A program made the translations under genes and the position numbers. The notes under the pieces are model-generated. The model was not told the origin of the DNA. It saw nothing but the letters and a program-made list of their open reading frames with translations, and searched no databases. Shown piece by piece: positions 13,201 through 27,424 of a stretch of 64,000 nt of DNA (position 1 is its first letter; every line of letters starts with the position of its first letter). Source of the stretch: Hypanus sabinus (Eukaryota); assembly GCF_030144855.1 (NCBI RefSeq), contig NC_082727.1, forward strand, positions 57,908,001 to 57,972,000. The letters run 5' to 3'.

Positions 13201-16200
13201 ACTTTGGGATGAACCATAAGACATGAGCAGAATTAGGCCATTACTCCGCCATTTCATTATGGCTGATTTATTTCCCTCTCAATCCCATTCTTCTGCCTTC
13301 TCGCCATAACCTTTCAAATGAATGAGGCTTCTTCGGTCAAGGTTGATCATGGATGTCTTATCTAGATATGCAAGACAGGGTGGTACAATATGGAGAGCAA
13401 GCTGTTGCCCATGTAGCAAGCTTGCCCTCTCCATGCATCTGATGCCAAAGGAATGGCAGAGATCGATACAGTTTGGCACCAGCAGCGTTGCAGGAGTTGC
13501 CAGTCAGCATTGAACTCAATGTAGGACTGCCTTAGGGACTCCAGCTCCAGACTTTTGCCTTGGAGTTCACTCCTGAAGCCTTCCCCTTGAGCGTGCAACC
13601 CTCTTGCTAAAGAAATTCCTCCTCAGCTCCATTCTAAATGGATGTCCCTCTGTTCTGAGATTGCACACTCTTGTCCTAGACTCCCCAACCATTTGAAACA
13701 TCCTCTCCAGATCCACTCTCTCTAGGCATTTCAACATTCGATAAGTTTCAATGAGATCTCCTCATTCTTTTAAATTCCAGCGAGTACAGGCCCAGAGCTA
13801 TCAATTGCTCCTCATAAGCTAACCCTTTCAATCTCTGAATCATTTTTGTGAATCTCTTCTGAACCTTTCCAATGTCAGCATATCCTTTTTTAAATAAGGG
13901 GCCCAAAAATGCTCACAATTTGCCAGGTAAGACCTTGCCAGTCACAAACAGGAGAAAATCTGCAGATGCTGGAAATCCAAGAAACACACACAAGATGCTG
14001 CAGGATGTAATTTCGAAGCTTTATAAGGCACTGGTGAGGAAGGGTCTCAGTCTGAAATGCCAACTGTACTGTTTCCTAGATTTTATATTCTAGTCCTGTC
14101 AAAATGAATGTTAGCATTGTATTTGACTTCATCACCGCTAACTCAATCGTAAATTAACCATTAGGGACTCCTGCTTGAGAACTCCTTAGCTCTTTGCGCC
14201 TCAGATTTTTAAGATTTTCTCCCCGTTTAGAAAAAGATTTCAAGTTTTTATTCCTTCTACCAAAGTGTATGACCACATCATGAACCAGGAGACTAATGAG
14301 ACAAGGCAATGAGATTTGTGATTATCATGGATGATGCCCATAAATTTACCAAAATACAAGTTATTTTCAGTTACAATAAATGGCACTGGATGCCAGCAGG
14401 ATGTCAAGAGCCTCATTTGTTTCCAGTTCTAATGAATGTTTTCCATCATCATAGCCAACAGTTTATGTAAATTGAAAATCATTTTGCTCTACATATGCTT
14501 AACTGTGCAGTGCAATTTGAGCTTGCCCTATAATGGAGACATGGCCAAGTGAAGTGAAAGTTAGACATAAGACCGTAAGATATAGGAGCAGAATTAGGCC
14601 ATTTGGCCCATCAAGTCTGCTCTACCATTTCATCATGGCTGATCCATTTCTCTCTCAGCCTCTCTGTCCTGCTTTCTCTTCGTATCCTTTCATACACTGA
14701 AAAGTGTTTCTTTAGGTATATGAAGGTGCCCAGGGCCTTGCTGAGAACATTTATTGGTAAGGACAGTGTTGTATTCTGTTGCTGACTGGTAGTGGGTCTT
14801 TGTTTTGAGGATGACTTGGTTCCTCCTCAGAAGGTGTGTTTAGATGAGTCCACTTTTTGAACATATTAAGTTATCTTACAAGTGTGTTCTAAATTCTACA
14901 TGTAAGTATCTTCTATTGTATTTTGATCTGTGCTGGTCCTCCAGTGTTATATTTATTCTTAGAAAACTTTTTAAAACATAATGTTTAGCTCAGGATCCCC
15001 AGCCTTTTTTTTATGCCATGGACCTCTACCATTAACTGAGGGGTCCGTGGACTCCAGGTTAAACTGGTCCACACAAAGCTTCTGGAACATATGGTACCTA
15101 TGCATCTGATGACCTTTTGATTCTAACATCAACAGAAAACTTATACACAAGAGAATTATGAATTTAATAAATAACTTGGTTAGCAGATGTATTTTAAACA
15201 TTATAAATGTGCCCAGGCAGCTTGAGTGTTTTTAAATGTAGGAGTGACTGTAATACAATTTCAAATTTAATCAGGACTGAAATCATTTAAGGAATATTTT
15301 ATTCAGTAATTCATAGACAATCAAAGTATATTCCTTTAAATAAAGTGAGATTATGGATGTACTTTCTCCTATGTTTATAACTAAAATATTGGCAGTGATC
15401 AAAATAAGTTAAGATACAAACGCACTGGATACTTTTTGACTTTGAGAGCTCATAAGGATGTATTAGCATGGTGATTAAGTTACTGGATTATTGATCTGAG
15501 ACCAGGAGTTCTGATCCAGCACAGCAGATGGGGAGTTTAAATGCAAGTATTTAATAAATCCAGGATATTAAGAAACTGTTATCAATCTTAGTAACCATGA
15601 AACTACCATATTTTTGCAAAGCCTCATTTGGTTCACTACCAGTCATCCATAATAATCTGGTTTATATGTAATTCCAGACCCATGATTATGGTTGATTTTT
15701 GACTGCTTCTTAAAGTCAGGATAGACAATAAATGGTGATATTGTCAGCAACATCTGCATTTTACAAATAAAGTTTGAACTTACTGGGAAAGAATAATACA
15801 ATAAAAATGCCTTTCATTTCTGGAAAATCTGAATCCAGTTCAGAAAGATATCAGAACCTCTATTTTTTTTCCCTTACAAAGAGCATTGTGATGTCAACAC
15901 CTGCTTAAAAAATGTTTTACACTCGCACTTTCACAGATTGTCTGTCAAGAGAAATGGATAGAAAAATACTCATACTCCACAACAGAGGTGATCTTGAGGT
16001 TGGGCCTAACACATGTTATGAAGCAGAGGGATGGAGAATCATTGAATCATTGCTGTGCTTGAGTGAGATGAAATGACTGAAACACAAAACAATTATGTTT
16101 GCAAAACTAATCAGAATCAGGTTTAGCATCACCGGCATATGTCATGAAATCTGTTGGCTTTGCGGCAGCAGTACAATGCAATACATAATAATAGAAAAAC

Positions 16201-19200
16201 TGTGAATTACAGTAAATGTAATTAAAGATAAATTACATAAATACTGCAAAAATAAAAATTAAGAAGTAGTGATGTAGTGTTCATGGGTTCAATGTCCATT
16301 CAGAAATCTGATGGTGGGGTGGGGGTGGGCAGGAAGAAGCTGTTCCTGAATCATTGAGTATGTGCCTTCAAGCTTATACAACTCCCTTCTGATGGCAGCA
16401 ATAAGAAGAGGGCATGTCTTGGGTGATGGGGTCCTTAATGATGCACACTGCCTTTTTGAGGCATTGCTCCTTGAAGATGTCCTGGATACTATGGAGGCAA
16501 ATGGCCATGATGGAGCTGATAAGTTTACAACTCTCTGCAGCTTATTTTGGTCCTGTGCTGTAACACCAATCATCTAGTTATTGTAATGTAATGGAATAAT
16601 TATTTTAAAAATTATGTGATTTACATTTCACTTGTAATTGTTTACCTATGAGATTTTTTTTAAATGAGCTGATGTTAACCTGAAGCAAGGAGAAATATTG
16701 CAATATTTAGTATAATCTTTGCAAAGGGCATCATTCCAATAAGACATTGTTGACTTTAGAATCGGAGAATTGGTATCTTTATTGTTGTCATAGTTCATTT
16801 TCAGATTATTCATTACAGCATGTACTGTATTTCACAGGATATGACAAGTGCATTCTCCAAGCAATCAAAACACTAAATATGTTCTGCAGAGAACAGGAGA
16901 ACCAACTCATTTCAACCTTCCATAATTTGTAATGACAACTCACGTCATTGACCATTTTACACCCCAGATGGTAGGAAGGTAATATAACATCTCCGCATGT
17001 GTTTGATTTAAAGTGGATGGTGAGGAGAGGTTAGTTCATTAAAATGTAAGTGCAAATATGACAGCATTTCATAGAGGTGAATTACTACTCTCTGCATGTA
17101 TATCAGGAAGAATGAACATACAATGTATAAGTTTTTAGCAAAGTACAGGCCCTTTGACCCATGATATTAAGTCGACTCTAAGATCAATCTAGACCATCAC
17201 TCCTACACAGACCTCCACTTTTCTATCATCCATGTACCTATCTAAGAGTTTCTTAAATGCATCTAATGTATCAAGCTCTACCGCTACCCTTGGCGGGGTT
17301 TTCCACACACCCACCACTCTCTGTGTAAAGAACTTATCTCTGACATCCCCTCTACCCTCCAATCAGCTTAAAATCATGCGGCCTTGCTTTAGACATTTCT
17401 GACCTGGGAAAAAAAGTCTCTGGCTACTCATTTGATCTGTGCCTCTTGTGCACCTCTATCAAGCCACCTCTCAACCTCCTTTGCTCCTAAGGTATACGCC
17501 CTAGTGACCTGCCAGTATGCATGTGGGACAATTCAGAGTATGATCAGCTCCACCACAGTCTGAGTGTCGTGGTGATAAATGACCCTACACCATCACTGAT
17601 CATGTAAAGAGTGAGGAGTTGAAGGGCAAAACAGGATTAAGCCTTGGTGCACTCACTCTGCTTGCTGTAGTTACCTATTTTTATTGACAGATCACATTGC
17701 AGTCAGAACTAAGAAAGCAAACTGGACTTCTTCCTGGATCAATTCAGGAAGATTAGTAGACATACTAGGCCTTGCCTGATTCAGGCAGGACACAGGAGAA
17801 CATGACCACATCAGAGATCAGCACTTCTGTTAACATTGTGACAAGGTTGTGAAATTGCCCCAGATTTCAGCCCCAGTAAGTGGTATTACATGCACCATGT
17901 AGTTTCAATTCTTCATTGTATTCTTCTGAAATTCCGATCTGCTGAAGCTAAAAGCTGTGAATTAGCTACTCATGTACAAAAAGCTTAAGCATGCAGAAGG
18001 TTAAATTTGTTCGAAAGGAAATGATTTCTGTCCAATATTTTTTAGCTTCCACATCTCTTGAAATGAATATATAAATGACAAAACCAATCTTTATTGGAAA
18101 GTTGATGGGCCACATTCTTGAACTGCAGCCGCCATTTCTCAGAAGGTTCTACATGCTCCTGGGTGGGGAGCTTCAGGATTTAGATCTATGAAGGAATGAT
18201 GATATATTTTTCCAGTGAGGATGGTGTGACTTGGAAGAATTCCTGCAGATGGTGGTATTCTAACAACAGTAAAAAGCACACAAGGAACTTGCTAATTAAA
18301 AGATATGATATCATCAGTTTCCTTAAAATTGGAAAGTACTTGAAACTTTGAGGTTACAAATGATCTTTGCTTCATGCAGTGTAAGGAACTGAAGTCATTT
18401 CAAATTTTTGACAGAACTTTGACCATGTCCAAGAAGAAGAGATGATGTTCTTTGTCATTCTCTCCAATGAGCTAAAATAATTATATTTATTTAGTTACTG
18501 ATAGAGCGCAAAATAAACCCTTCCAGCCATTCCACCTCAGCAACCCAATATCCCCAATTAATCCTTATCTAACTACAGAACAATTTACAATGTGCCACTA
18601 ACCTATCCGATATACATCTTTGGGCTGTGTGAGGAAATCAGGGCACTCGGTGAAAATACACACATTCCACGCGGAAGACGTGCATAGGTCCCTTATAGAA
18701 TGGCGCCGGAATTGATCTCTGAACTCCAGAACAGCCTGAGCTGTAATAGCATCATGCTAACCACTATGCTACCATGGTGTCCATGTGGATAAAACAAGTT
18801 AATGCAAGAATGAACTACTAATAAGCCATTGAAGAAGGCTTAAAGATAAATGATATTATCAACCACAATCACAATGACAATGGATAATACTGTAAATTTT
18901 TTTTTGGAACTTCCCTCTTCATGTTCTTTAATTTGATGATGATATTAATTATTCTCTACAGTATAGAATACTTAGGGTCTAAATTTATTATTTTTAATAA
19001 GGTCTGGGTTTTCTTAATCAGGAAGTTGAGTTCCAAGGCAGCCCAAACCAGAAAGATGAAATAGCCCACAGTTTCATCCCTGCATGGTGATGAAATGTTT
19101 GTAGGAAAATTGCCAAGATTGGAGAAAAGCTCAATCCAACCCAATGAAATTTTACTTGATGGAACAGCTCTGAATGTAAATGGTTGGAAAAGTTTCAAAT

Positions 19201-19967
19201 CAGGATTTAGCAAATTATATAGCTCTATATTGATTGTCACTTGAACATCGATGTGGGAAGGAGGGAAAATAAATATCCTTATTTGCTTAGGAAACACTCT
19301 CTTCTGAAACTGGGATTGAGGTTTAATTTTAGCCCATATTAGAGGATCTTTGCATCATTAGTTTGGTAAAGGATGCTTGAACTGACACACGCTAGTGTAG
19401 CAGTTAGCACAACACTTTACAGTACAGGCAAATGGGTTCAATTCCTACTGTGCCAGTAAGGAGTTTGTACTTTCTCCCCATGACTGCGTGGGTTTCCTCC
19501 AGATGCTTCGGTTTCCTCCCAGAGTCCGAAGACCCATACCACTTAGTAGGTTAATTGGTCATTGAAAGTTGTCCCAAGATTAGGCTGGGATTCATTTGGG
19601 GGATGGCAGGGTAGTGTGGTTTGATGGGCCAGAAGGGACAATTTTGCGGTGCATGTCAATAACTAAATAACAAATAACTGAAATGAAAATACCTTAGTTC
19701 TTAGCATTTAAATCCCTCAGTATAATACATTTGAGCCTTCCTGGGTTCAAGTGTCATCATGTTTTCTCATAAACAATCTGCTCATCTTTTAGGAGGGCTG
19801 AGTCACACTGCCCTACATCTAACATGATAGTGTGTGCAGCTACAAACAATATGATCTGCATTCGCACCATGTCTATCAAGCATGTGCTGCTTTCATCCTT
19901 TTATAGGCAAAATTTGAAGATGGCTTATAAAAATTTCCAGGATTTATTACTGAATAAACAGGATATT

Positions 19968-20347
19968 TGGGTGGTAGGGTGAAGACATGCCTCTACCAAA
20001 AGGAGGTGTAAGGCGCTCATTCCCTCTGCTGATCTGCAGGTCACCCTTGGGCAAGGTGTAGCACCTGCTCAGCTGCCTCATCAGGGTCACGTGAAGCCAA
20101 GGCAGCAGGTTGTGGATAGTCGTATGAGCAGCTGGTGCAGATCACGAGTCCTGGTTATGTGACCACTGACACCAGGCAATCTCTGAAGAGTATTGATAAT
20201 GGCTGGGGTCATCCGTCTTGTAAAGACACTGCCCAGAAGAAGGTGATTTCAAACCACTTCTGTAGAAAAATTTGCCAAGAACAATCATGGTTATTGAAAG
20301 ACCATGATCACCAGTGTCATATGACATGGCACATAATAATGATAATG
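19968..20347 (+). mobile_element. about 380-bp RTE-tailed non-autonomous element (family A); other copies at about 12535-12930(-), 31719-32085(-), 57740-58102(-)
   Basis: Four mutually alignable copies with an RTE/BovB-type 3' motif (gaagaaggcaatggcaaaccact) and an (ATG/ATA)n tail. Confidence 0.7.
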
Positions 20348-21514
20348 AAACAGGACAGTAAAGGTACACTTTACTCATTCAGTACAAAACTTAATTAAGT
20401 AGTAAAAAGAATAAACCACATCCTTTGCTTCTCACAGTTGCAACTCACTTTACTGAAAATTGTTAGTTTTTCTTCTAATCCAGTAAAAGCTTTCGCAGCT
20501 TTTGTTTTAAGAACTTAAATATTTTCTTGTTTCTTAAAAAATCTCCCATTACTTGGACGTGGGCAATTTTAGTCATGCAGGCAGGACTAAAACTACCCTT
20601 TCATTTCTTAAATTTCCACCTGTGTTATTATTTTGCAACAAAAAATATTGTATGCTCTCTTCTATTTATTATTATATTGCAGATTGTATAAGTCACTTGG
20701 TAGTTGGTCACTCTGTAAAGTATTTTCAGTGTCAAGGATATAGCTTTCAATATTATTGTTGGCTTACAATTTGAAATAAGATTTAATTAAATGGTGGTTC
20801 AAGAGGTTTTATGACCCACTTTGCCAAATTTCAAGCTGAGCTGCATTTCCCTGCTGCTTTCAGAATCAAGTTTATTATCACTGACATATGTTATGAAATG
20901 TGTTGTTCTGTGGCAACAGTACAGTGCAATACATAAAATATTACTAAAGGTTACAATAACAATAAATAAATAGTGCAAAAGCTGTGCAAAATAATAAGAC
21001 AGCTCTCATGGGTCCATGGATCATTCGGAAATCTGATGGCGGAGTGAAAGAGACTGTTCAGTTGAATGTGCCACAATGCATTTTTCCCTCCCTTTCATTG
21101 CCTTTATTAACTTATATAGATATGTGGTGGAGAGTATATTGACTGGCTACATCATGGCCTGGTATGGAAACACCAATGCCCTTGAACAGAAAATCCTACA
21201 AAATGCCGCCCAGTCCATCACCCCACCATTGAGCACATCTGCACGGATCTCTGTCACAGGAAAACAGCATCCATTGTCAAGGACTTCCACCCCCCAGGAC
21301 ATGCTCTCTTCTTAACACTGCCATCAGAAAGAAGGTACAGGAGCCTCAGGACTCACTTCAGGAACAGTTATTACTCCTCAAACTTCAGGTTCTTGATCCA
21401 GAGCAGATATCCTCACTCAATTTCACTCACCCCATCACTGAAATGTTCCCATAACCTAAGGACTCACTTTCAAGGACCCTTCATCTCATGTTCTCGATAT
21501 TTATGGCTTGCTTA

Positions 21515-21565
21515 TCTAGCTATCTATCTATCTATCTATCTATTTATTTATTTATTTATTTATTA
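21515..21565. repeat. compound (CTAT)n(TTAT)n microsatellite inside a LINE tail
   Basis: ctatctatctatctatctatctatttatttatttattt read directly. Confidence 0.85.
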
Positions 21566-22174
21566 TTTTCTTCTTCTTTTGTATGTGCAGTTTGTAGTCT
21601 TTTGCACACTGGCTGTTTGTCCTGTTGGATGCAGTCTTTCATTGATTCTACTGAGTGTGCCTGTAAGAAAATGAATCTCAGGGCGGTATATGGTGACATC
21701 TATGTACTTTGATAATAAATTTACTTTTAACTTTATGCTCAAACAGCATTTCTTTCTCAGCTACAGTATATACTACTTTTTTTTAGATTTACAATAATCC
21801 CTTTCGTTGTATACTTCTTGTTCACATACTTTGTTTGCATGGCTTTGTTTATTTAAGTTTTGACATTGGTCTTTATCTACCCAAGTGAAATATACCAAAA
21901 CGTATGTTAATGCAGGTCAGATCATGAAGATATTATGTGGTTGACATATCTTCCATGGTCTTCGCAAAGTCTGACAATCTTTCTGTTATCATTTCCATGT
22001 TGGTGCCATATTCTAATGTATGCCTAACATTGCTCCATGGGCAAAATGGACTGTTCTCTGTCACCAGCTCTGATCAACACCTCCAGCATTTAACCATATT
22101 AACAAAAAGAGAAGCCTGGGACTTCTGTGCATACATGACCAATATACAAATGTTTGACAACCATGGAGGATTAT

Positions 22175-22691
22175 ACACTCAATGGCCACTTTTATAGGTA
22201 GCTCCTAACGTTTATGGTCTTCTGCTGTTGTAGCTCATCCGCTTCAAGATTCAATGTGTTGTGCATTCAGAGATGCACTTCTGCCCACCATTGTGTTGCG
22301 TGGTTATTTCAGTTACTGTCAGCTTCCTGTCTTGCCATTCTCCTCTCATTAAAAAGGCATTTTCACCCTCAGATCTACTGCTCACTGGATGTTTTTTTTT
22401 GTTTTTTGCACCATTCTTTGTAGACTTTAGAGATTATTGTCCTTGAAAACCTCATGAGATTAGCAGTTTCTTGAGATACTCGAATCATCCTGCCTTGGCA
22501 CCAACGATCATTCCATGGTTAAAGTCACTTAGATCACATTTCTTCCCTGTTCTGCTGTTTGATCTGAACAGCAACGGAACTTCTTGACCATGCCTGTATG
22601 CTTTTATGCATTGAGTTGCTGCCACAGGATTGGCTGATTGCATTAATGAGCAGATGTATTGGTGTACCTAGTAGAGTGGCCACCAAATGTA
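22175..22691 (-). mobile_element. non-autonomous Tc1-like DNA element, copy 1
   Basis: Degenerate inverted ends tacactcaatggccact... / ...agtggccaccaaatgta; reverse homologue of 59404-59941. Confidence 0.65.
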
Positions 22692-22864
22692 TCTGTCAGA
22701 GCCACTGGATTTTGCAGCAAGTCTAGCAGCAAAGCTCAGTTTTTCCATCCACTAGGGAAATTCTTGAAATTTGTGTCAGTTCAGACATGTTAAGGTTCAG
22801 AATCCCTGGGTTGGAGAGCCATAGGTTGGGAGACAAGAGGAATTGTTTTAAGCTATTGTGTTTA

Positions 22865-23905
22865 AACTGCATCTCCATTTCCCATACATCTATGCTCAGT
22901 CTAGCTTCCTGCTGCCTTATTAGTGGTAGAGTTCCACTTGTCCTTACTTACCACCCATCAGCCTCTGGACTCAAAGCATTATCCTCCCATAACTTACACC
23001 ATCTCCAAAGGGGCTCCTACTACTAGATGTATTTTCACTCCCCACCTCCACTCCCTCTGCTTTCTGCAGGCATCACTCCCTCTGCAATTCCCTTGTCCAT
23101 CCGTTCCCCTTCGCTAATCTCCCTCCAAGCACTTATCCCTGCAAGTGGCCTAAGTGCTACCCCTGCTCATACACCTCCTCCCTCACCGCCATTGAGGGCC
23201 CCAACCAGTCCTACCGGGTGAGGCAATGCTTCACCTGTGAATTCTCTGGGGTCATCTATTGCGACTGGTGCTCCTAATGTGGCCTCCTCAACATTGGTGA
23301 GACCTGTTGTAAATTGGGGGAAGGCTTCGTCGAGCAACCCCACACCATCTGCCACAAGTGGGACAACAGAGGCCAAACATTTTAATTCTGATTCCAATTT
23401 CCCTTACAACATGTTAATCCATAGCCTTCTCTTGTACCAAGGTGAGGCCACCCTCAGGGTGAAGGAGCAACAGTTGTTATTCTGGCTGGATAGCCTCCAA
23501 TTTGATGGTATAATTATCAATTTCTCTTGGTAAAAACATTTCCCCTCTTCCCTCATCTATTCCCCACTCTGGCCTTTTACATCTTCTCACCTGCCTATTA
23601 CTTTCCACTGGGTCCCCTCCTCCTTCCTTTTCTCCTATGGTCCACTCCCCTCTCCTATCAGATTCTTTCTTCTCCAGCCCGTTGACCTTTCCCACCTGCC
23701 TTGCTTCACTGATCACCTTCCAGTTAGCCTCTTTTCCTTACCCCTCAACCCTTTTGTTCTGACATCTACCCGCTTCCTTCTCAGTCTTAAGAAATGCCTT
23801 GGCCCAAAACTCTTTTCCATAGATGCTACCCGACCTGCTGAGTTCTTCCAGCATTTTGTGTGTGTTGCTTTGGATTTCCAGCACCTGCAGACTTTTTCAT
23901 GTTTG
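22865..23905 (+). mobile_element. Penelope-like element 3' fragment (GIY-YIG endonuclease remnant plus terminal repeat)
   Basis: Translates RVPLVLTYHP and FTCEFSGVIYCDWCS*CGLLNIGET (GIY-YIG), followed by a pyrimidine-rich tract and the shared terminal motif. Confidence 0.8.
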
Positions 23906-24557
23906 CTATTGTGTTTTAGTTTAAACATTTTTAAATATTGGCAAATTGGTTTATTATTGTCACATGATACAGTAAAAAACTTTTTTTTGCATGCCGTCCA
24001 TATAGATCATTACATTACAACAGTGCATCGAGGTAGTACAAGGGTATTAGCAGGACACAGAATAAATTGTGCAGAGAGCCGTCGCAATGAGTCACCAGTC
24101 TCATCCTGCCTTGTCTCTGGATCTCAGACATTTAAAACTCTCTCATATTTCTTATGGCTATCCTGCTGAGAGGCTGGGATACTTTGGGCCAGTAACATTA
24201 GTTCTTTGTGTCCTAAGTAGTCTGGTTGGGGGAAGCCAGGTTAACAAGGTCTAGTCCATTATCTGTCAACTCTACAAAAAACATTCCTTTATCATTTAGT
24301 CACTGTTACATCAGCTAATAGTAAATAAATTCTCAACAATTTATCAAATGTCAGCAAATTGATAGTTGAGTTTTCAGCCTATAAAGTGAAAATCAGAATT
24401 AATAAAACAGAATTGTCAAGCTGCCTATCTTCACAAAGCTACAATCTCTAGAGTTTAACTAACAGGTATGCACCTGATTTATGAACAATGGCAAATAAAT
24501 GAGCTGAAATTATATTATTCCTTAACTAAACAAAATTTCAGTTTCTATAGGAATTTT

Positions 24558-24563
24558 TTTATT
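24558..24563 (-). terminator. candidate LSM1 polyadenylation signal
   Basis: AATAAA on the minus strand about 370 nt after the LSM1 stop; usage not shown. Confidence 0.4.
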
Positions 24564-24931
24564 TTCCATAAATGCACAGCAATTTAGTTTGTGCAAGAAA
24601 ATGTACTGATGAATAATGCATTGATTAATATTGTCATTCTTTCACAGAATAGGGAACCCATCCCTTTCAGCTAAAGGTTCATTATGGTGAAGACTTTTTA
24701 TAGTCATATTTTCTAACCAAGAAGATGGAAACTAGTGAAATTGCTCAGTATATTCTTTCTGAAGCATTGTCTTTTAAAAGTATGGCAATTCATATTTACC
24801 ACTGAAGAATATAGTTTGAAAACTTTTTTTTGTTTAGTCACTTTTAGATACAATCAATGCCAGTTCAGCAAGAAGATCCAGTAGGTCAAGTCCCCTACAG
24901 GTGGTTTAAAAGTCTGGTATTGTACTTTTAC

Positions 24932-25102
24932 TTAGTATTCATCAAGAGCATCAGTACGAGGGATGGATAATCCTCGCTCCTTTAATGCTTCACTTTTTGC
25001 CTTTTCTGCCTCTTGCTTTTCATGTTGCTGAACTCTTTGAGCTTCCAAAATCTCTTCGATTGACACTCGTTGCAAAGGAGTGTCGGTCTCCCTTTCTAGA
25101 TC
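24932..25102 (-). CDS. LSM1: LSM1-type Sm-like protein, exon 4 (terminal)
   Basis: cag|GAT CTA GAA... = DLERETDTPLQRVSIEEILEAQRVQQHEKQEAEKAKSEALKERGLSIPRTDALDEY*, 171 nt. Confidence 0.95.
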   Translation of the reverse strand, partial: DLERETDTPLQRVSIEEILEAQRVQQHEKQEAEKAKSEALKERGLSIPRTDALDEY

Positions 25103-25314
25103 CTGTGAGGATAATATTAGTCATTTAACCATCACAAACAAATTGGCAAGTTTAAACATTGTGAGACAGTTACTTTACTAAGTGAATTAGAAGCAAACTA
25201 CGGTCTATTGAATTAAATTGCAAGGCTGAATCTGCATGCAAAGATTTCCTTATATAAGCAATAATTGAATTCACTTTAAAAAAATCCATGAATTGAATAT
25301 TTCATGAAACTTAC

Positions 25315-25430
25315 TATTTCCCCCAGAAGCACCACATTTTCTCCTCGGACAACGAAAATCCCTCTTGGAATATCACCGTATTTCCTTCCTACATGGATTC
25401 GCTCCACTGTCCGATGAAGAACCAAATTAG
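25315..25430 (-). CDS. LSM1: LSM1-type Sm-like protein, exon 3
   Basis: (A)NLVLHRTVERIHVGRKYGDIPRGIFVVRGENVVLLGEI, Sm2 motif, 116 nt, cag/gtaagt boundaries. Confidence 0.96.
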
Positions 25431-25793
25431 CTGCAACATGGAGAGGTTGTGTGTAAAGGAATTAGCACAACTGAATACCAAATGTCTCTAGTCATAAAAG
25501 ACATAATGCGTTAGTTAATCCAAATAGTAATGTACAATTCTGAATAAAATTGATTTTTTAGGTTACCACTGCTCTGTAGTTTCGAAGCAGGATCATTCTT
25601 GTCTTAGACAAACATGACTCTTAAATTATGTTTTATTTAAATATACACTACAAAATGTAAAATAAAAATCTCAACTGGAGTAGACAAACCAGACGACCGG
25701 AGTACCAATCTAGATCAATTGGGACAATTGGGATTCTGAACTTTTAGGGTGAATATCAAAACTAAACGATTTAAAGAAATTTATATTTACATC

Positions 25794-26202
25794 TCTCCAA
25801 GAGGAACACAACCTTGGTGTGGTTTGGAAGCTTGCATGCCTCAATGACCTGGAGAGCCATGTTGGCTGGAGAGAGGACTTTATGCTTCAGCTCTTGATAG
25901 GGTCACCCATGCTAAACAGGTTAGAGGGTAGAGGCCAGACTAAGAGTGGTCCACCGATCCTCCAGGTTCGGGGGTTCAGCTCAGGGCTAACACCCCTGGC
26001 TGGTAAAACAAAACTGTTACAGAAAGAGCAATGAAGAATTCTACATCTCAGTGCAATGGTCTCCACCTGGGACTTGCATTACTGACAGTAGTGAAAACTG
26101 AGTGGAAGCTACTGACTCAATGAAGGAAGCCATGAATGCCACCAGAGATGAAATACCTTCACTACTCTCTTCAATGCCAGCGGCGTAATGGGCAAAAGAA
26201 GA
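25794..26202 (+). mobile_element. non-autonomous RTE-like retroelement (family B), copy 2, in LSM1 intron 2
   Basis: Perfect 11-bp TSD atatttacatc (25783-25793 and 26203-26213); about 410 bp; homologous to 9868-10251. RTE affinity is inferred from terminal motifs. Confidence 0.7.
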
Positions 26203-26389
26203 ATATTTACATCACATTTTATTACCAAACCTGATTAGTTGAACAGTACAAATGAAATGATGTTGTCTCAAAATGTTCACCATTTTTCTCTGTTTTCACT
26301 CTCTCTATGGACACTACCTGACCTACACAGCATCTTCAGCATTTTCTGTTTAACACAGCTAAATAATAGTCATATGTTACTGTACTTAC

Positions 26390-26458
26390 CAAACTGATCC
26401 ACACTCCTCAAATATCCTATTAATGTTCTTCCATCTCGAAGTACAACTAAATGCTTTT
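26390..26458 (-). CDS. LSM1: LSM1-type Sm-like protein, exon 2
   Basis: (K)KHLVVLRDGRTLIGYLRSVDQF, Sm1 motif, 69 nt, cag/gtaagt boundaries. Confidence 0.96.
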
Positions 26459-27424
26459 CTGCAAAAGGAAAAATGAACATTTCAAGTGGTACAAAGTATT
26501 CTGAAACAACATTCCTGATAACTAGAACTAATGTTAATTTCTAACTATTGTCACTACTAATTTCCAGTTCTATCCTGGACAAGAGGAAAGATGCAAAGGA
26601 AACAGAAGCAAGTAGATAAGAACATCAGCTAGATTTGATCTGATAAGAGGTTAGTTTTATTGCTGTTCGACTGCAAAAATCTGTGAATATATTCACATTA
26701 AGTTCACAACATTGTAATGTACAGAGGTTAGTAGGTAGTATACAAATAAATGTTGAGCTTTAACACAAATGAGGTAATAGTTTATGAGATTCTGAAACTA
26801 CTTTTGCACCTGTACCAACACTTTGTTTTTCTAACCTCTTTAACACTACTTACCTCCTTCACACTGCTCACATTATTCTCCTCTGATTTTCAACTCATAA
26901 AACTTTTCTGTTTGTGCCCTATTCCTTTGCTCCTTTATGTTAAGGCCTTTATAAAGCTACCCTCAAACCAAATTTATCCTCATCTTTGTATGATTGTATC
27001 ATTTGACAGATATTCCCATAAATAGAAGTTTTGAATTAAATAAATTAACATCATTATTAAAATAATGGACAAATGGATTTCAATTAACTAATGGGGCAAA
27101 ACTCATCTACAGCGATCTGAATCCCGAAGAAGGGTCTTGGCCTGGAACATGGACTGCTTATTCAGTTCCATAGATGTTGCCTGACCTGATGAGTTTCTAC
27201 AACATTCTATGTGTGTTGATCTGCAAAGATTAACTATTTTACTAAAACTTGTAATAAAACCATAAGATATAGGCACAGAATTAGGCCATTTGGCCCATTG
27301 AATCTGCTCTACCATTATATCATGGCTGATCCAATTTTCTTCTCAGCCCCTTTCTCCTGTCTCCTCCCCATATCCCTTCATGCCCCGATCAAAGAAGAAT
27401 CTATCAACCTCTGCCTTAAATATA

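Noticed and set aside
19064-19243. Plus-strand peptide GDEMFVGKLPR resembling an RRM RNP2 motif of the A1CF/hnRNP R type
   Set aside because: Similarity stops after about 11 residues, there is no RNP1 and no convincing exon boundaries; likely chance.
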